Part shown: positions 46,513 through 56,027 of the stretch, one piece after another
How positions within the stretch are numbered: position 1 is the stretch's first letter
Layout: each line of letters starts with the position of its first letter
The notes under the pieces: model-generated
Databases searched by the model: none
Told to the model about the DNA's origin: nothing
Seen by the model: only the letters and a program-made list of their open reading frames with translations
Translations under genes and position numbers: made by a program
DNA from: Novosphingobium sp.
GTDB lineage: Bacteria > Pseudomonadota > Alphaproteobacteria > Sphingomonadales > Sphingomonadaceae
Length of the DNA: 64,000 nt
Assembly (NCBI GenBank): GCA_047605105.1
Contig: JASGGH010000004.1
Span: 4,320 to 68,319 of the forward strand
Direction of reading: 5' to 3'

Positions 46513-49251
46513 ATGCGTTCATTGGGTAAACTCGCGTTCGCGGGTGTGAGCCTGCTGGCGATTTCGGTGCCGGCTTTCGCGCAGTCCGCTGCCGACGATT
46601 CGCAAGACGCTGCGGCGAATAACGAGGACATCGTCGTCACCGGCACGCTGATCCGCGGCACCAAGGCGGTCGGTTCGCAGACCATCACCACCGATGCCAA
46701 GCAGATTGCCGAGGTCGGCGCCGTCTCGACGAACGCGCTGCTCGCCTCGATCCCGCAGATCGCCGGTTCGTTCAACTCCCGCCCCGAAGGCGATCCGCGC
46801 GGCCTCACGGCCGTGTCGTCGATCGTCCGCCCGAACCTGCGCAATTTCCCTTCGAGCAACGCAACCTCCGGCGCGCTGACGCTGGTTCTGCTCGATGGCA
46901 TGCGGATCACGCCGGTGGGCGCGAATGCCTCGTCGGTCGATCCCGACGTGATCCCTTCCAACGTCCTGGCCGGTGTCGACATCGTGACCGACGGCGGTTC
47001 GTCGCTCTACGGCGCGGATGCCGTCGCGGGCGTGATGAACTTCCGCACCATGCGGAAGTTCGATGGCGTCAAGCTGGATGCCAACTACGGTTTCGGCACG
47101 AAGATCACGGGCTTCAAGGAATGGGACGCGTCGATCATCGCCGGCACCAGCTGGTCGACGGGCAACGTCTATGCCGCCTACAGCCATGCCTCGCGGGATT
47201 CGATCACCAACGGTGAGACCACGTGGTCCAACCAAACCCTTTACACCACGGCCGGCGTCGCCCGCAATGCGGCGACCCAGTGCAATACGCCGCAATCGAC
47301 CGTGTATCGCTATGTGTATGTTCCGAGTTACGGTGTCTGGACCAGCAGCGCTCAGGCCGGCGGCGGCTTGATCCCGACCGGCACGGGTTGCGATACGTCG
47401 CTGGAGGGGACCTATTTGCCGAGCTTGAAGCGAGACAATGTTTTCGTTGCTCTCTCTAACACCTTCTCCGATTCCGTCGATTTGCGGGTGACTGGCTATT
47501 GGACAAAGCGGACCCTTGGCCTTCCCTCTTACCCGCTTGGGCATACCTCCAAGTACGTGACCCCGGCAACTCCGGTCGGCGCTCCGGGAACGGCGGGTGC
47601 GCCCGCAAGCTCACCCGTCGATTATTCGCTGGGCACCGGAGGCGTCGGCTTCGCGCTGGGTCCGAACGCGGCCTATGTGAACACGCCTTCGCTGATCAGC
47701 ATGGAGACATGGGGCATCACTCCCGAACTCACCGTCAAGCTCGGCGGCACGTGGCAGGTGCGGACCTCGCTGCATTTCGGCCGTTCGCAGGACGCCACGC
47801 ATTTCCCGGGTCTCAATACCACCCAGGTGAACTGCTACATCGACGGCTGCACCGGCATTGCGGCGGGCCAGATCAATCCGTCCAACATCGCCGCGGCGAG
47901 CGCGGCGGTGATCGCCGACATCACCAACTGGGAGACGGCGCAGAAGACGACGCACGAGCTGTTCGTCATGAAGTCGGTTGCCGACGGAACGATCTTCTCG
48001 CTTCCGGGCGGTGACGCCAAGCTGGCCGTGGGCATCGAGTACCAGAACAACACCGATGGCACGCAGGTGTTCACCGGCAAGCTCGGGGGGGTCGATACGG
48101 CGCAGCTTTACAAAACGTCGCGCAACGTGAAGTCGATCTTCGGCGAGCTCCATCTGCCGGTGACCACGTTCCTGGATCTGGCGGCTTCCGGGCGCTACGA
48201 TCACTACAGCGACTTCGGCGGGACCTTCAATCCGAACTTCGGCGCGACGCTCACGCCCACGCCCTGGCTCAAGATCTTCGGCCACTGGGGCAAGTCCTAC
48301 AATGCCCCGACGGCTTACGATAACCTCGCGATCGGCTATGGCCGCGCGGGCCAACAATACACGAGCTCGCGGCCTACCGTTGCGACCGGCAAGAGCGACG
48401 ACCTGCAGGGTACTTACTTCCTTGTCCTGACCGGCAGCTCGCCCACGGGGATCAAGCCGCAGACCTCGACGGCCTGGGCGGTCGGCTTCGAAGCGACGCC
48501 GCTGGACGGCCTGAGCCTGGGCGCCGAATACTATTCGATCGACCTTCAGAACATGATCGGCAGCATGAGCCCCGCGGTGGCAAGCACCTATCAGACCAAC
48601 CCGGAAAACTACATCTATCACAACGAACTGAATACGGTTCAGGCGAATGGCAAGACGCTCTACGAGAACATCATGGCGGATGTCGTCAACCGCGACGCGA
48701 TCCTGGCCCAGATCGGCGGTTCCAACAATCTGGCCATTCTGATCGATACCCGCACGAACAACCTGAACTCGGCCAAGGTTGCGGGCATCGACATGCACGT
48801 CAACTATCAGACCGACACCAGCTTCGGGCAATTGACCTTCACCAACAATGCCACGTTGCAGACCCGGGCGATCATCAAGAACGGCACCGTCACGACCAAC
48901 GAGCTCGGCCATGGCGGGCCGCGCTTCACCTGGGCATCGACTGCCGGGTGGGCGAAGTCCGGCTTCTCGGCCAAGGTCACGGTCAACTTCTCGGGCAAGT
49001 GGCGCGATAGCGCGGTCGATTACCTGGGCGTCGAAACGCAGGTCTCGCCGTTCGTCGTCACCAACCTCAACCTGGGCTACGATTTCGGGGATCGGGGCGG
49101 GCCGCTGGCGGGCACGTCGCTGCGCCTGATCGTGAACAACCTGTTCGATGTCGAGCCGACCACCGTTCGCCGGAGCAACGTCAATGCTCCGTCCTACGTC
49201 AACTGGACCCTCGGCCGCGTCATCAAGCTGGGCGTGACCAAGAAGTTCTGA
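46513..49251 (+). CDS. TonB-dependent receptor (paralog of 43579-46275)
   Basis: DIVVTGTLIRG, DGGSSLYGADAVAGV, C-terminal GVTKKF. Confidence 0.95.
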   Translation: MRSLGKLAFAGVSLLAISVPAFAQSAADDSQDAAANNEDIVVTGTLIRGTKAVGSQTITTDAKQIAEVGAVSTNALLASIPQIAGSFNSRPEGDPRGLTAVSSIVRPNLRNFPSSNATSGALTLVLLDGMRITPVGANASSVDPDVIPSNVLAGVDIVTDGGSSLYGADAVAGVMNFRTMRKFDGVKLDANYGFGTKITGFKEWDASIIAGTSWSTGNVYAAYSHASRDSITNGETTWSNQTLYTTAGVARNAATQCNTPQSTVYRYVYVPSYGVWTSSAQAGGGLIPTGTGCDTSLEGTYLPSLKRDNVFVALSNTFSDSVDLRVTGYWTKRTLGLPSYPLGHTSKYVTPATPVGAPGTAGAPASSPVDYSLGTGGVGFALGPNAAYVNTPSLISMETWGITPELTVKLGGTWQVRTSLHFGRSQDATHFPGLNTTQVNCYIDGCTGIAAGQINPSNIAAASAAVIADITNWETAQKTTHELFVMKSVADGTIFSLPGGDAKLAVGIEYQNNTDGTQVFTGKLGGVDTAQLYKTSRNVKSIFGELHLPVTTFLDLAASGRYDHYSDFGGTFNPNFGATLTPTPWLKIFGHWGKSYNAPTAYDNLAIGYGRAGQQYTSSRPTVATGKSDDLQGTYFLVLTGSSPTGIKPQTSTAWAVGFEATPLDGLSLGAEYYSIDLQNMIGSMSPAVASTYQTNPENYIYHNELNTVQANGKTLYENIMADVVNRDAILAQIGGSNNLAILIDTRTNNLNSAKVAGIDMHVNYQTDTSFGQLTFTNNATLQTRAIIKNGTVTTNELGHGGPRFTWASTAGWAKSGFSAKVTVNFSGKWRDSAVDYLGVETQVSPFVVTNLNLGYDFGDRGGPLAGTSLRLIVNNLFDVEPTTVRRSNVNAPSYVNWTLGRVIKLGVTKKF

Positions 49252-49269
49252 CTTCGCAGTCCGAACGCG

Positions 49270-49300
49270 AACCGGCCGGGAGGAAACTCCCGGCCGGTTT
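49270..49300 (+). terminator. Rho-independent terminator
   Basis: AACCGGCCGGGAG-GAAA-CTCCCGGCCGGTT. Confidence 0.75.
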
Positions 49301-49468
49301 CGTTCATGCCGCGCCCGGGCGAATTTTGCTGTTGCGTGCAGGCGGGCATTCCCTTTTGGAGAATTCCATACGATAGGGCGTTGACGCGCCCGCCGGCCGT
49401 TCGCGGTCGGCGCCCTGCGGAGATTTCACGGCCGCCGTCCGGCGTGCTGCAAACTTGAGGAAGACCCT

Positions 49469-50455
49469 ATGTCGTTCAACGCCATCCTGATCGAAAAGAC
49501 CGACGACGGCCAGAAGGTCGCCGTGACCCAGCTCGACGAGAGCCAGTTGCCCGAAGGCGACGTCACCATCGACGTCGACTATTCGACCATGAACTACAAG
49601 GACGGCCTGGCCATCACCGGCGACGGCCCGGTCGTGCGCCGCTGGCCGATGGTCCCGGGCATCGACCTGATCGGCACGGTCAGCGACAGCCAGAACCCGA
49701 ACTTCAAGGCCGGCGACAAGGTCCTGCTCAACGGCTGGGGCGTGGGCGAGGTGCACTGGGGCGGCTTCGCCCAGAAGGCCCGCCTCAAGGGCGACTGGCT
49801 GGTCAAGGCGCCGGCCGCCTTCACCGGCCACCAGGCCATGGCGATCGGCACGGCCGGCTATACCGCTTCGCTCTCGGTCGAAGCGCTGATCAACTTCGGC
49901 GTGACGCCGGCGGACGGCGAAGTGCTGGTCACCGGCACCCCGGGCGGCGTGGGCTCGGTCGCGGTGGCGCTGCTCAAGAAGGAAGGCTTCACCGTCGTCG
50001 CCTCGATCGGCGACGAGAGCGAGAAGGAATACCTCACCAAGCTCGGCGCCGACGACTTCATCCACCGCAATGAGCTGTCGGAGCCCGGCAAGCCCTTCCA
50101 GAAGGAGCGCTGGGGCGCGGTCGTCGATTCGGTCGGCAGCCATACCCTGGCCAATGCCATCGCCCAGACCAAGTACCGCGGCACCGTGACCGCCTGCGGC
50201 TTGGCCCAGGGCAGCGACCTGAGCACTTCGGTCATGCCGTTCATCCTGCGCAATGTCTCGCTGCTCGGCATCGACAGCGTGATGTGCCCGCAGAAGCCGC
50301 GGCAGGCCGCCTGGGACCGCCTGGGGCGCGACCTCAATCCCGCGCTGCTCAACACCATCGCCACGGAGATCAGCCTGTCCGAAACGATCCAGGGCGCGCG
50401 CGACCTGATCGACGGGAAGATCCGCGGCCGCCTGATCGTCGACGTCAATCGCTGA
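49469..50455 (+). CDS. acuI: Acryloyl-CoA reductase AcuI/YhdH family
   Basis: YSTMNYKDGLA, PGIDLIG, AMAIGTAGYTA, PFILRNVSLLGIDSV. Confidence 0.85.
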   Translation: MSFNAILIEKTDDGQKVAVTQLDESQLPEGDVTIDVDYSTMNYKDGLAITGDGPVVRRWPMVPGIDLIGTVSDSQNPNFKAGDKVLLNGWGVGEVHWGGFAQKARLKGDWLVKAPAAFTGHQAMAIGTAGYTASLSVEALINFGVTPADGEVLVTGTPGGVGSVAVALLKKEGFTVVASIGDESEKEYLTKLGADDFIHRNELSEPGKPFQKERWGAVVDSVGSHTLANAIAQTKYRGTVTACGLAQGSDLSTSVMPFILRNVSLLGIDSVMCPQKPRQAAWDRLGRDLNPALLNTIATEISLSETIQGARDLIDGKIRGRLIVDVNR

Positions 50456-50494
50456 GATCGAGCGGACAGCGAAGGGATTGGGAGAGAGCCTGAG

Positions 50495-52210
50495 ATGAGC
50501 ACTGCAGCCGAAGCCGCGGGTAAAATGTCGATTTCCCGCGGCATCCCGCTGGCCGACGAAGCCAATATCGGCGCGCTGACGCTCGCGGGCTACATTCGCG
50601 AGATCTGCACGCGCTGGCCGGACAACGAAGCGGCGGTGCTCCATCTCGACGGTCCCGGCGGGGATCGGACGATTCGCTGGACCTACGCCGATCTCTGGGC
50701 GCGGGCCCTGGCCACGGCCAAGTCGCTCGTCGCCGCCGGGATCGGCAAGGGCACCCGGGTCGGCGTGATCTGCTCGAACCGGCCGGAGTACCTCTCCAGC
50801 GTCTTCGGCGCGGCGCTGGCGGGCGGGGTTCCCACTCCGATCAGCACCTTCTTCACGCCGACCGAGCTCGACGAGGTGCTGCGCCTCTCGGGCGTCTCGG
50901 TCGTGCTGCTGGAGCGGCGCCTGCTCAAGAAGGACTACGCCCAGATGCTCGCCGACCTCGAGCCGGCCATCGCGGCGGGCCCGGGCGGGGCGTTCGTATC
51001 CGAGCGCTATCCCTTCCTGCGCCATGCCGCGATCGTCGACAGCGACGAGGGGCTCGGCGCGATCGAGGGCTGGTCGGCCTTCGCCGCGCGGGGCGAGGCC
51101 GTAGCCGAGGCGCAGGTGCTGGCCCGCGCCGATCAGGTCGCTCCGTCCGATCCGGGCATCCTGCTGTTCTCCTCGGGCTCGACCGGCAAGGTCAAGGGCA
51201 TCGTCTCGGCCAATCGCGCCGCCTGCCTGCAGCTCTGGCGCTGGCCCAACTGGTATGCCCTGCCGGAACCCGCGCGGGTCTGGGGCGCCAACGGCTTCTT
51301 CTGGTCGGGCAATTTCGGCCAGTGCATCGGCGGCGCGCTGAGCCGCGGCGGCTGCCTGATCCTCCAGCGCTCGTTCGACGCCGCCGAGGCGCTCGAGCTG
51401 ATGGAGCGGGAAAAGGCGACCATGCCGATCGCCTGGCCGCACCAGTGGGCCCAGCTCGAGGCGGCGCCCAACTATGCGGCGGTGGACCTTTCGAGCCTCA
51501 CCTACGTCGATGTCCATACTCCGCTGGCCAGGCATCCCACAGTCAAGTCGACCTGGCGCCAGCCCGATGCGGCATACGGCAATACCGAAACGTTCACGCT
51601 GATCTCGGTCTATCCTGCGGGCACGCCGGAGGAAGTCCAGGGCAAGAGCCACGGCCTGCCCACGGCGGGCTCGATCATCAAGATCGTCGATCCGCTGACC
51701 GGGATCACCACTCCGCTTGGCGAGCGCGGCGAGATCGCCGTCAAGGGCCCGACGCTGATGCTCGGCTACCTCGGGATTCCGCTCGACCAGAGCGTCGATG
51801 AGGAAGGCTTCCTGCGGACTTCGGACGGTGGCTATATCGACGAGCAGGGCCGGCTGTTCTGGGAAGGACGGCTCAACGACATCATCAAGACCGGCGGGGC
51901 CAACGTCTCCCCGCTGGAGATCGACGAGGTGATCCGCACGGCTCCCGGGGTGAAGGTCTCCCAGACCGTCGGCGTTCCCGACGACCTGCTGGGCGAACTG
52001 GTGGTCGCCTGCATCGTGCCGCACGAGGGCGCGGTCCTGTCGGAAGAGGCGATCAAGGCGCACGCCAAGCAGAAGCTCGCCAGCTACAAGGTGCCGCGCC
52101 GGGTGCTGTTCGTCGCCGAGGACGATCTCAAGACCACCGGAACCGCCAAGATCAAGACCGCGGACCTGCGCAAGCTGGCGGCGGACCTGCTCGCGGCCGA
52201 GGCGGCCTGA
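50495..52210 (+). CDS. Class I adenylate-forming acyl-CoA synthetase
   Basis: FSSGSTGKVKG, YGNTE, RTSD, IIKTGGANV, TGTAKI. Confidence 0.88.
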   Translation: MSTAAEAAGKMSISRGIPLADEANIGALTLAGYIREICTRWPDNEAAVLHLDGPGGDRTIRWTYADLWARALATAKSLVAAGIGKGTRVGVICSNRPEYLSSVFGAALAGGVPTPISTFFTPTELDEVLRLSGVSVVLLERRLLKKDYAQMLADLEPAIAAGPGGAFVSERYPFLRHAAIVDSDEGLGAIEGWSAFAARGEAVAEAQVLARADQVAPSDPGILLFSSGSTGKVKGIVSANRAACLQLWRWPNWYALPEPARVWGANGFFWSGNFGQCIGGALSRGGCLILQRSFDAAEALELMEREKATMPIAWPHQWAQLEAAPNYAAVDLSSLTYVDVHTPLARHPTVKSTWRQPDAAYGNTETFTLISVYPAGTPEEVQGKSHGLPTAGSIIKIVDPLTGITTPLGERGEIAVKGPTLMLGYLGIPLDQSVDEEGFLRTSDGGYIDEQGRLFWEGRLNDIIKTGGANVSPLEIDEVIRTAPGVKVSQTVGVPDDLLGELVVACIVPHEGAVLSEEAIKAHAKQKLASYKVPRRVLFVAEDDLKTTGTAKIKTADLRKLAADLLAAEAA

Positions 52211-52218
52211 TCGACAAG

Positions 52219-52239
52219 TCTCCTCCTCTTCGGAGGAGA
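52219..52239. terminator. Hairpin between convergent genes
   Basis: TCTCCTCC-TCTTC-GGAGGAGA. Confidence 0.5.
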
Positions 52240-52243
52240 GGGC

Positions 52244-52780
52244 TCAAGCGCCGACCTGCATTCCGGAGGGCGGGGCTTCGTCGGGCCAGTTTTCCCTGGC
52301 CGCCATGAGCCCGGCCAGGGCCTTCCGCCAGTAGGCCGGGTTGCTTCCCGCCAGCAGTTTGATGTCGAACCGGTTCGCGCTGCGGATCTCCAGGACCTCG
52401 ACGCCGTCCGGCCCGGGCGTGTAGGCGTAGGGCACGTTCCTGCCCACGAAGAATCCGTCGCCCGGGCCGAGTTCCTCGGTCCCGATGCGCAGCGATCCGG
52501 CGATGACGAAGTAGGTGCAGTCGGCGTCGTGGCTATGGCGGGGCAGGGGAAAGCCGCTCTTGAACCAGACATAGGTGAGCGACAGCCCCGGGCGCGAGAA
52601 CAGCAGCATGACCTTGCTGCCCTCCAGCATGCCCGCCTCGCATAGCCTGGCCGACCAGGCCTGCTCCTCGGGCCCGACCGGCTGCGGCTCCATGCATGCG
52701 GCTTCGTCGTAGTCCAGCGCATCGGCGGCGCGGAACACCGTGAACGGCAGGCCGATGCTGTCCTTGACCGTGCCTCTCAT
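52244..52780 (-). CDS. Cupin-domain protein
   Basis: LPRHSHDADC.YFVI.G ... LGPGDGFFV....PYAY..GPDGVEVLEIR. Confidence 0.8.
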   Translation of the reverse strand: MRGTVKDSIGLPFTVFRAADALDYDEAACMEPQPVGPEEQAWSARLCEAGMLEGSKVMLLFSRPGLSLTYVWFKSGFPLPRHSHDADCTYFVIAGSLRIGTEELGPGDGFFVGRNVPYAYTPGPDGVEVLEIRSANRFDIKLLAGSNPAYWRKALAGLMAARENWPDEAPPSGMQVGA

Positions 52781-52827
52781 GCGCCTGCTCCCGCTAAAAT
52801 CCTGCTCGGCTGCAATTGTGCTGGAAT

Positions 52828-52847
52828 ATAATCAGCACTGCTATTAT
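52828..52847. promoter_or_regulatory. Candidate MarR operator
   Basis: Imperfect palindrome ATAATCAGCACTGCTATTAT just upstream of marR. Confidence 0.5.
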
Positions 52848-52858
52848 TGCCCGGTTTC

Positions 52859-53317
52859 ATGGAAGACAACATAGGCACGATGATCGCCCAAGTCGCGCGG
52901 CTTATGCGGCGCAATTTCGATGAGCGCGCGCGTTCGATCGGGGTGACGCGGCCGCAATGGCAGGTGCTCAGCCTGCTCGCGCGCCACGAGGGCATCAACC
53001 AGGGCGGCCTGGCCGACATCCTGGAGGTCGAGCCGATCACGCTGGGCCGGATGATCGACCGCCTGCAGGAAGCCGCGATGGTCGAGCGCCGGGCCGATCC
53101 CGCCGATCGCCGCGCCTGGCGGCTGTTCCTCACCGACAAGGGCAATGCGCTGATCGACCAGATGAAGCCGCTGGCGGTCGAGACCTTCGAGACGGCGCTG
53201 GACGGCGTGGATGCCGCGCAGCGCGACCAGCTGATGACCATGCTCGACCGGATGCGGGGCAACCTCTCGCGCCGGCCCCAGGTGCTTGCGAACGATGCGG
53301 CGGCGGCCAATGGCTGA
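52859..53317 (+). CDS. MarR/SlyA-family regulator
   Basis: GVTRPQWQVL...GINQGGLADILEVEPITLGRMIDRL...DRRAWRLFLT. Confidence 0.92.
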   Translation: MEDNIGTMIAQVARLMRRNFDERARSIGVTRPQWQVLSLLARHEGINQGGLADILEVEPITLGRMIDRLQEAAMVERRADPADRRAWRLFLTDKGNALIDQMKPLAVETFETALDGVDAAQRDQLMTMLDRMRGNLSRRPQVLANDAAAANG

Positions 53318-54371
53318 GAGCGATCAGCAATTCGAGGTCCCCGCCGCGGAAGCCGCGCCCGTCAAGCGGGGCCTGCGCGGCAGGCTGCGCACGATCGGGC
53401 TGCTCGTCTCGGTGCCGATCGTGCTGATCGTCGGCGCGACGACCTATTATTTCCTCAACCGGCAGTTCATCTCGACCGACAATGCCTATGTCCGGCAGGA
53501 CAAGGTCTCGGTCAGCGCGCTGGTCAGCGGCAACATCGTCGACGTGGCGGTGCGCGAGAACCAGATGGTCAAGGCTGGCGACCTGCTGTTCCGGATCGAT
53601 CCCCAGCCGTTCAGGATCGCGATCGACCAGGCCGATGCGTCGATCGCCGCGGCGCAGGTCAAGGTCGTCGGCATGGAGACCGACCTTTCGACCAAGGGCA
53701 TCGACATCGCCGCGGGGCGCGCGAGCGTGGCCTTCTATCAGGAGGAATACCGCCGGCAGTCGGAACTGATGGAGCGCGGCTTCACCACCCGCGCGCGGCT
53801 CCAGGCCGCCGAGCATGCGCTGTCCGACGCCCGGGCGAAGCTGGCCAATGCCCAGGCCGAAGCGGAGAAGGCGCGTGCCGCCCTGGCCACGGGCTCGGCC
53901 GCGCCCGGGGTCAACCCCGGCGTCCTCGCCGGCCTGGCGCAGAAGGAGCGCGCCCAGCTCGACCTGTCGCGGACCGAGGTGCGCGCGCCGGTCGCGGGCC
54001 AGGTCAGCTCGGCCGACCGGCTGCAGGTCGGGCAGATGATGAACCAGGGGCTGCCGGCACTGACCATCGTCGCCAGCGACCGGTCGTGGGTCGAGGCCAA
54101 TTTCAAGGAGACCGACCTCGCCCACATGCGCGTCGGCCAGCCGGCGGAACTGACCTTCGATGCCTATCCCGAAATGCACCTGAAGGGCCACGTCGCCAGC
54201 ATCGGGGCGGGGACCGGCTCGGAGTTCTCGATCCTTCCCGCGCAGAACGCCAACGGCAACTGGGTGAAGGTCACGCAGCGGGTGCCCGTGCGCATCGCCA
54301 TCGACGCCAAGCCATCGCGGCCCCTGATCGCCGGCCTTTCGACCCATGTCACGATCGACACCAGCAAGTAG
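53310..54371 (+). CDS. HlyD/EmrA-type membrane fusion protein
   Basis: STDNAYV, ANFKET, PAQNANGNWVKVTQRVPVRI. Confidence 0.92.
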   Translation: MAESDQQFEVPAAEAAPVKRGLRGRLRTIGLLVSVPIVLIVGATTYYFLNRQFISTDNAYVRQDKVSVSALVSGNIVDVAVRENQMVKAGDLLFRIDPQPFRIAIDQADASIAAAQVKVVGMETDLSTKGIDIAAGRASVAFYQEEYRRQSELMERGFTTRARLQAAEHALSDARAKLANAQAEAEKARAALATGSAAPGVNPGVLAGLAQKERAQLDLSRTEVRAPVAGQVSSADRLQVGQMMNQGLPALTIVASDRSWVEANFKETDLAHMRVGQPAELTFDAYPEMHLKGHVASIGAGTGSEFSILPAQNANGNWVKVTQRVPVRIAIDAKPSRPLIAGLSTHVTIDTSK

Positions 54372-55917
54372 CGCTGCCGTTCCGATCGAGGACAAGCCGC
54401 TCCTCGCGGTGAAGCACCGCGGGCTGCTGCTCGTGGGCGTGATGCTGGTATCGATCTCGCAGTTCCTCGATGCGACGATCGCCAACGTCGCGCTGCCATA
54501 CATGAAGACCGCGCTCGGCGCCTCGACGGATTCGGTGTCCTGGGTCCTGACCAGCTTCATCATCGCCACGGCCATCTTCACGCCGATCACCGGCTGGCTT
54601 TCCGACCGGATCGGGTCGCGCAACCTGTTCCTCGGCTCGACGCTGATGTTCCTGATCACCTCGGCCGCCTGCGGCGCGGCGACGTCGCTGCCCGAGATGG
54701 TGATATTCCGGGCGCTCCAGGGCGCGGCTGCGGCCTTCATCGGGCCGCTGACGATGACCATCATGTTCGACATCAGCGCGCCGAGCAAGCAGGCGATGAC
54801 CATGGCCCTGTTCAGCCTCATCGTGATGGTCGCGCCGATCAGCGGGCCCACCATCGGCGGCTTCCTGACCGAATATCTCAACTGGCGCTGGATCTTCTAC
54901 GTCAACCTGCCCTTCGGCGTTCCGGCCCTGGTGATCATGTGGTTCCTGCTGCCGAGCCGGCCGGTCATCGCGCGCAGGCTCGATCTGTTCGGCTTCGCGG
55001 CGATCGGCCTGGCGCTGGCGGCGATGCAGCTCGCGCTCGACCGCGGGCAGAGCCGCGACTGGTTCGATAGCTGGGAGATCGTCGCCGAAGCCGTCGTGGC
55101 GCTGTCCTGCCTGTGGATGTTCGTGATCCACAGCCGCCAGGTCCGCGCGCCGCTGTTCAACCGGGCGATCTACCAGAACGGCAATTTCATGCTCTCAATC
55201 TGCTTCATGGGGATCATGGGCCTCGCCGTCGTCGGGCTGTCGTCGATCCTGCCGATGATGTTCCAGTCGATCTACGGCTATCCGGTGATCGATACGGGCA
55301 TGATGATGGCGCCGCGCGGGGTGGGGGTGATGATCAGCTCGCTGCTGGCCGGCTGGGTGATCAAGTACGTCGATGTCCGGGGGCTGATGTGCGGCGGCTT
55401 CCTCGTCGCCGCGGCCTCGATGTACTACATGACCACCTGGTCGCTCGACATGGACGTCGAGCCGATCCTGCTGGCGAGCTTCTTCCAGGGGCTGGGCTTC
55501 GGGGCGATCGTGGCGCCGATGAACCTGATCGCCTTCGCCACGCTCGACCCGGCGCTGCGCCCCGACGGGTCGGGGCTGATGGCGCTGTTCCGCAGCCTGG
55601 GGGGATCGATCGGCATTTCGATCATCGTCAGCCAGCTCGCCCGCAACCAGCAGGTCAGCCATGCCGACATCGGCTCGCACGTGACGGCGGACATCGTGCC
55701 CTCGCTCGATCTGCCCGCGGTGGTCGATCGGGTGCCGGGGATCGGCAACGGGTTGATGGCGATGATCGACGGTGAGGTCACGCGCCAGGCGATGATGATC
55801 TCGTTCCTCGACGTATTCCACCTGCTGGCCTGGGTGCTGATCGCCTTCGCGCCGTTGCCGTTCCTGCTCAAGAACCCGCGCCAGGCGGCACAGCCGCGGG
55901 TCCCGGTGATGGAGTAG
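54346..55917 (+). CDS. DHA2/EmrB-type MFS efflux permease
   Basis: LDATIANVALP, SWVLTSF, WRWIFYVNLP; many transmembrane segments. Confidence 0.92.
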   Translation: MSRSTPASSAAVPIEDKPLLAVKHRGLLLVGVMLVSISQFLDATIANVALPYMKTALGASTDSVSWVLTSFIIATAIFTPITGWLSDRIGSRNLFLGSTLMFLITSAACGAATSLPEMVIFRALQGAAAAFIGPLTMTIMFDISAPSKQAMTMALFSLIVMVAPISGPTIGGFLTEYLNWRWIFYVNLPFGVPALVIMWFLLPSRPVIARRLDLFGFAAIGLALAAMQLALDRGQSRDWFDSWEIVAEAVVALSCLWMFVIHSRQVRAPLFNRAIYQNGNFMLSICFMGIMGLAVVGLSSILPMMFQSIYGYPVIDTGMMMAPRGVGVMISSLLAGWVIKYVDVRGLMCGGFLVAAASMYYMTTWSLDMDVEPILLASFFQGLGFGAIVAPMNLIAFATLDPALRPDGSGLMALFRSLGGSIGISIIVSQLARNQQVSHADIGSHVTADIVPSLDLPAVVDRVPGIGNGLMAMIDGEVTRQAMMISFLDVFHLLAWVLIAFAPLPFLLKNPRQAAQPRVPVME

Positions 55918-56027
55918 CCGAGAACGCCGTTTCCATCTATCGCCGCCGCGTTTCACAATTCCCTTGCCGCGGCGCTCCGATTTTGGGAGTTCCCTGGCCC
56001 TCGAACAACGACGGCAGAGGAGAGCTT

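Noticed and set aside
43579-49251. Diversity-generating retroelement acting on the receptors
   Set aside because: No reverse transcriptase and no template/variable repeat pair differing only at adenines was seen
43352-49300. Repeated hairpins as CRISPR repeats or integron attC sites
   Set aside because: They are spaced by whole genes, have T tails typical of terminators, and there is no integrase or cas gene
49304-52063. Very long antisense or alternate-frame ORFs (for example 919 aa here, 18329-20908, 41056-43434, 60118-62280)
   Set aside because: They shadow well-supported genes, are expected in high-GC DNA, and carry no protein motifs
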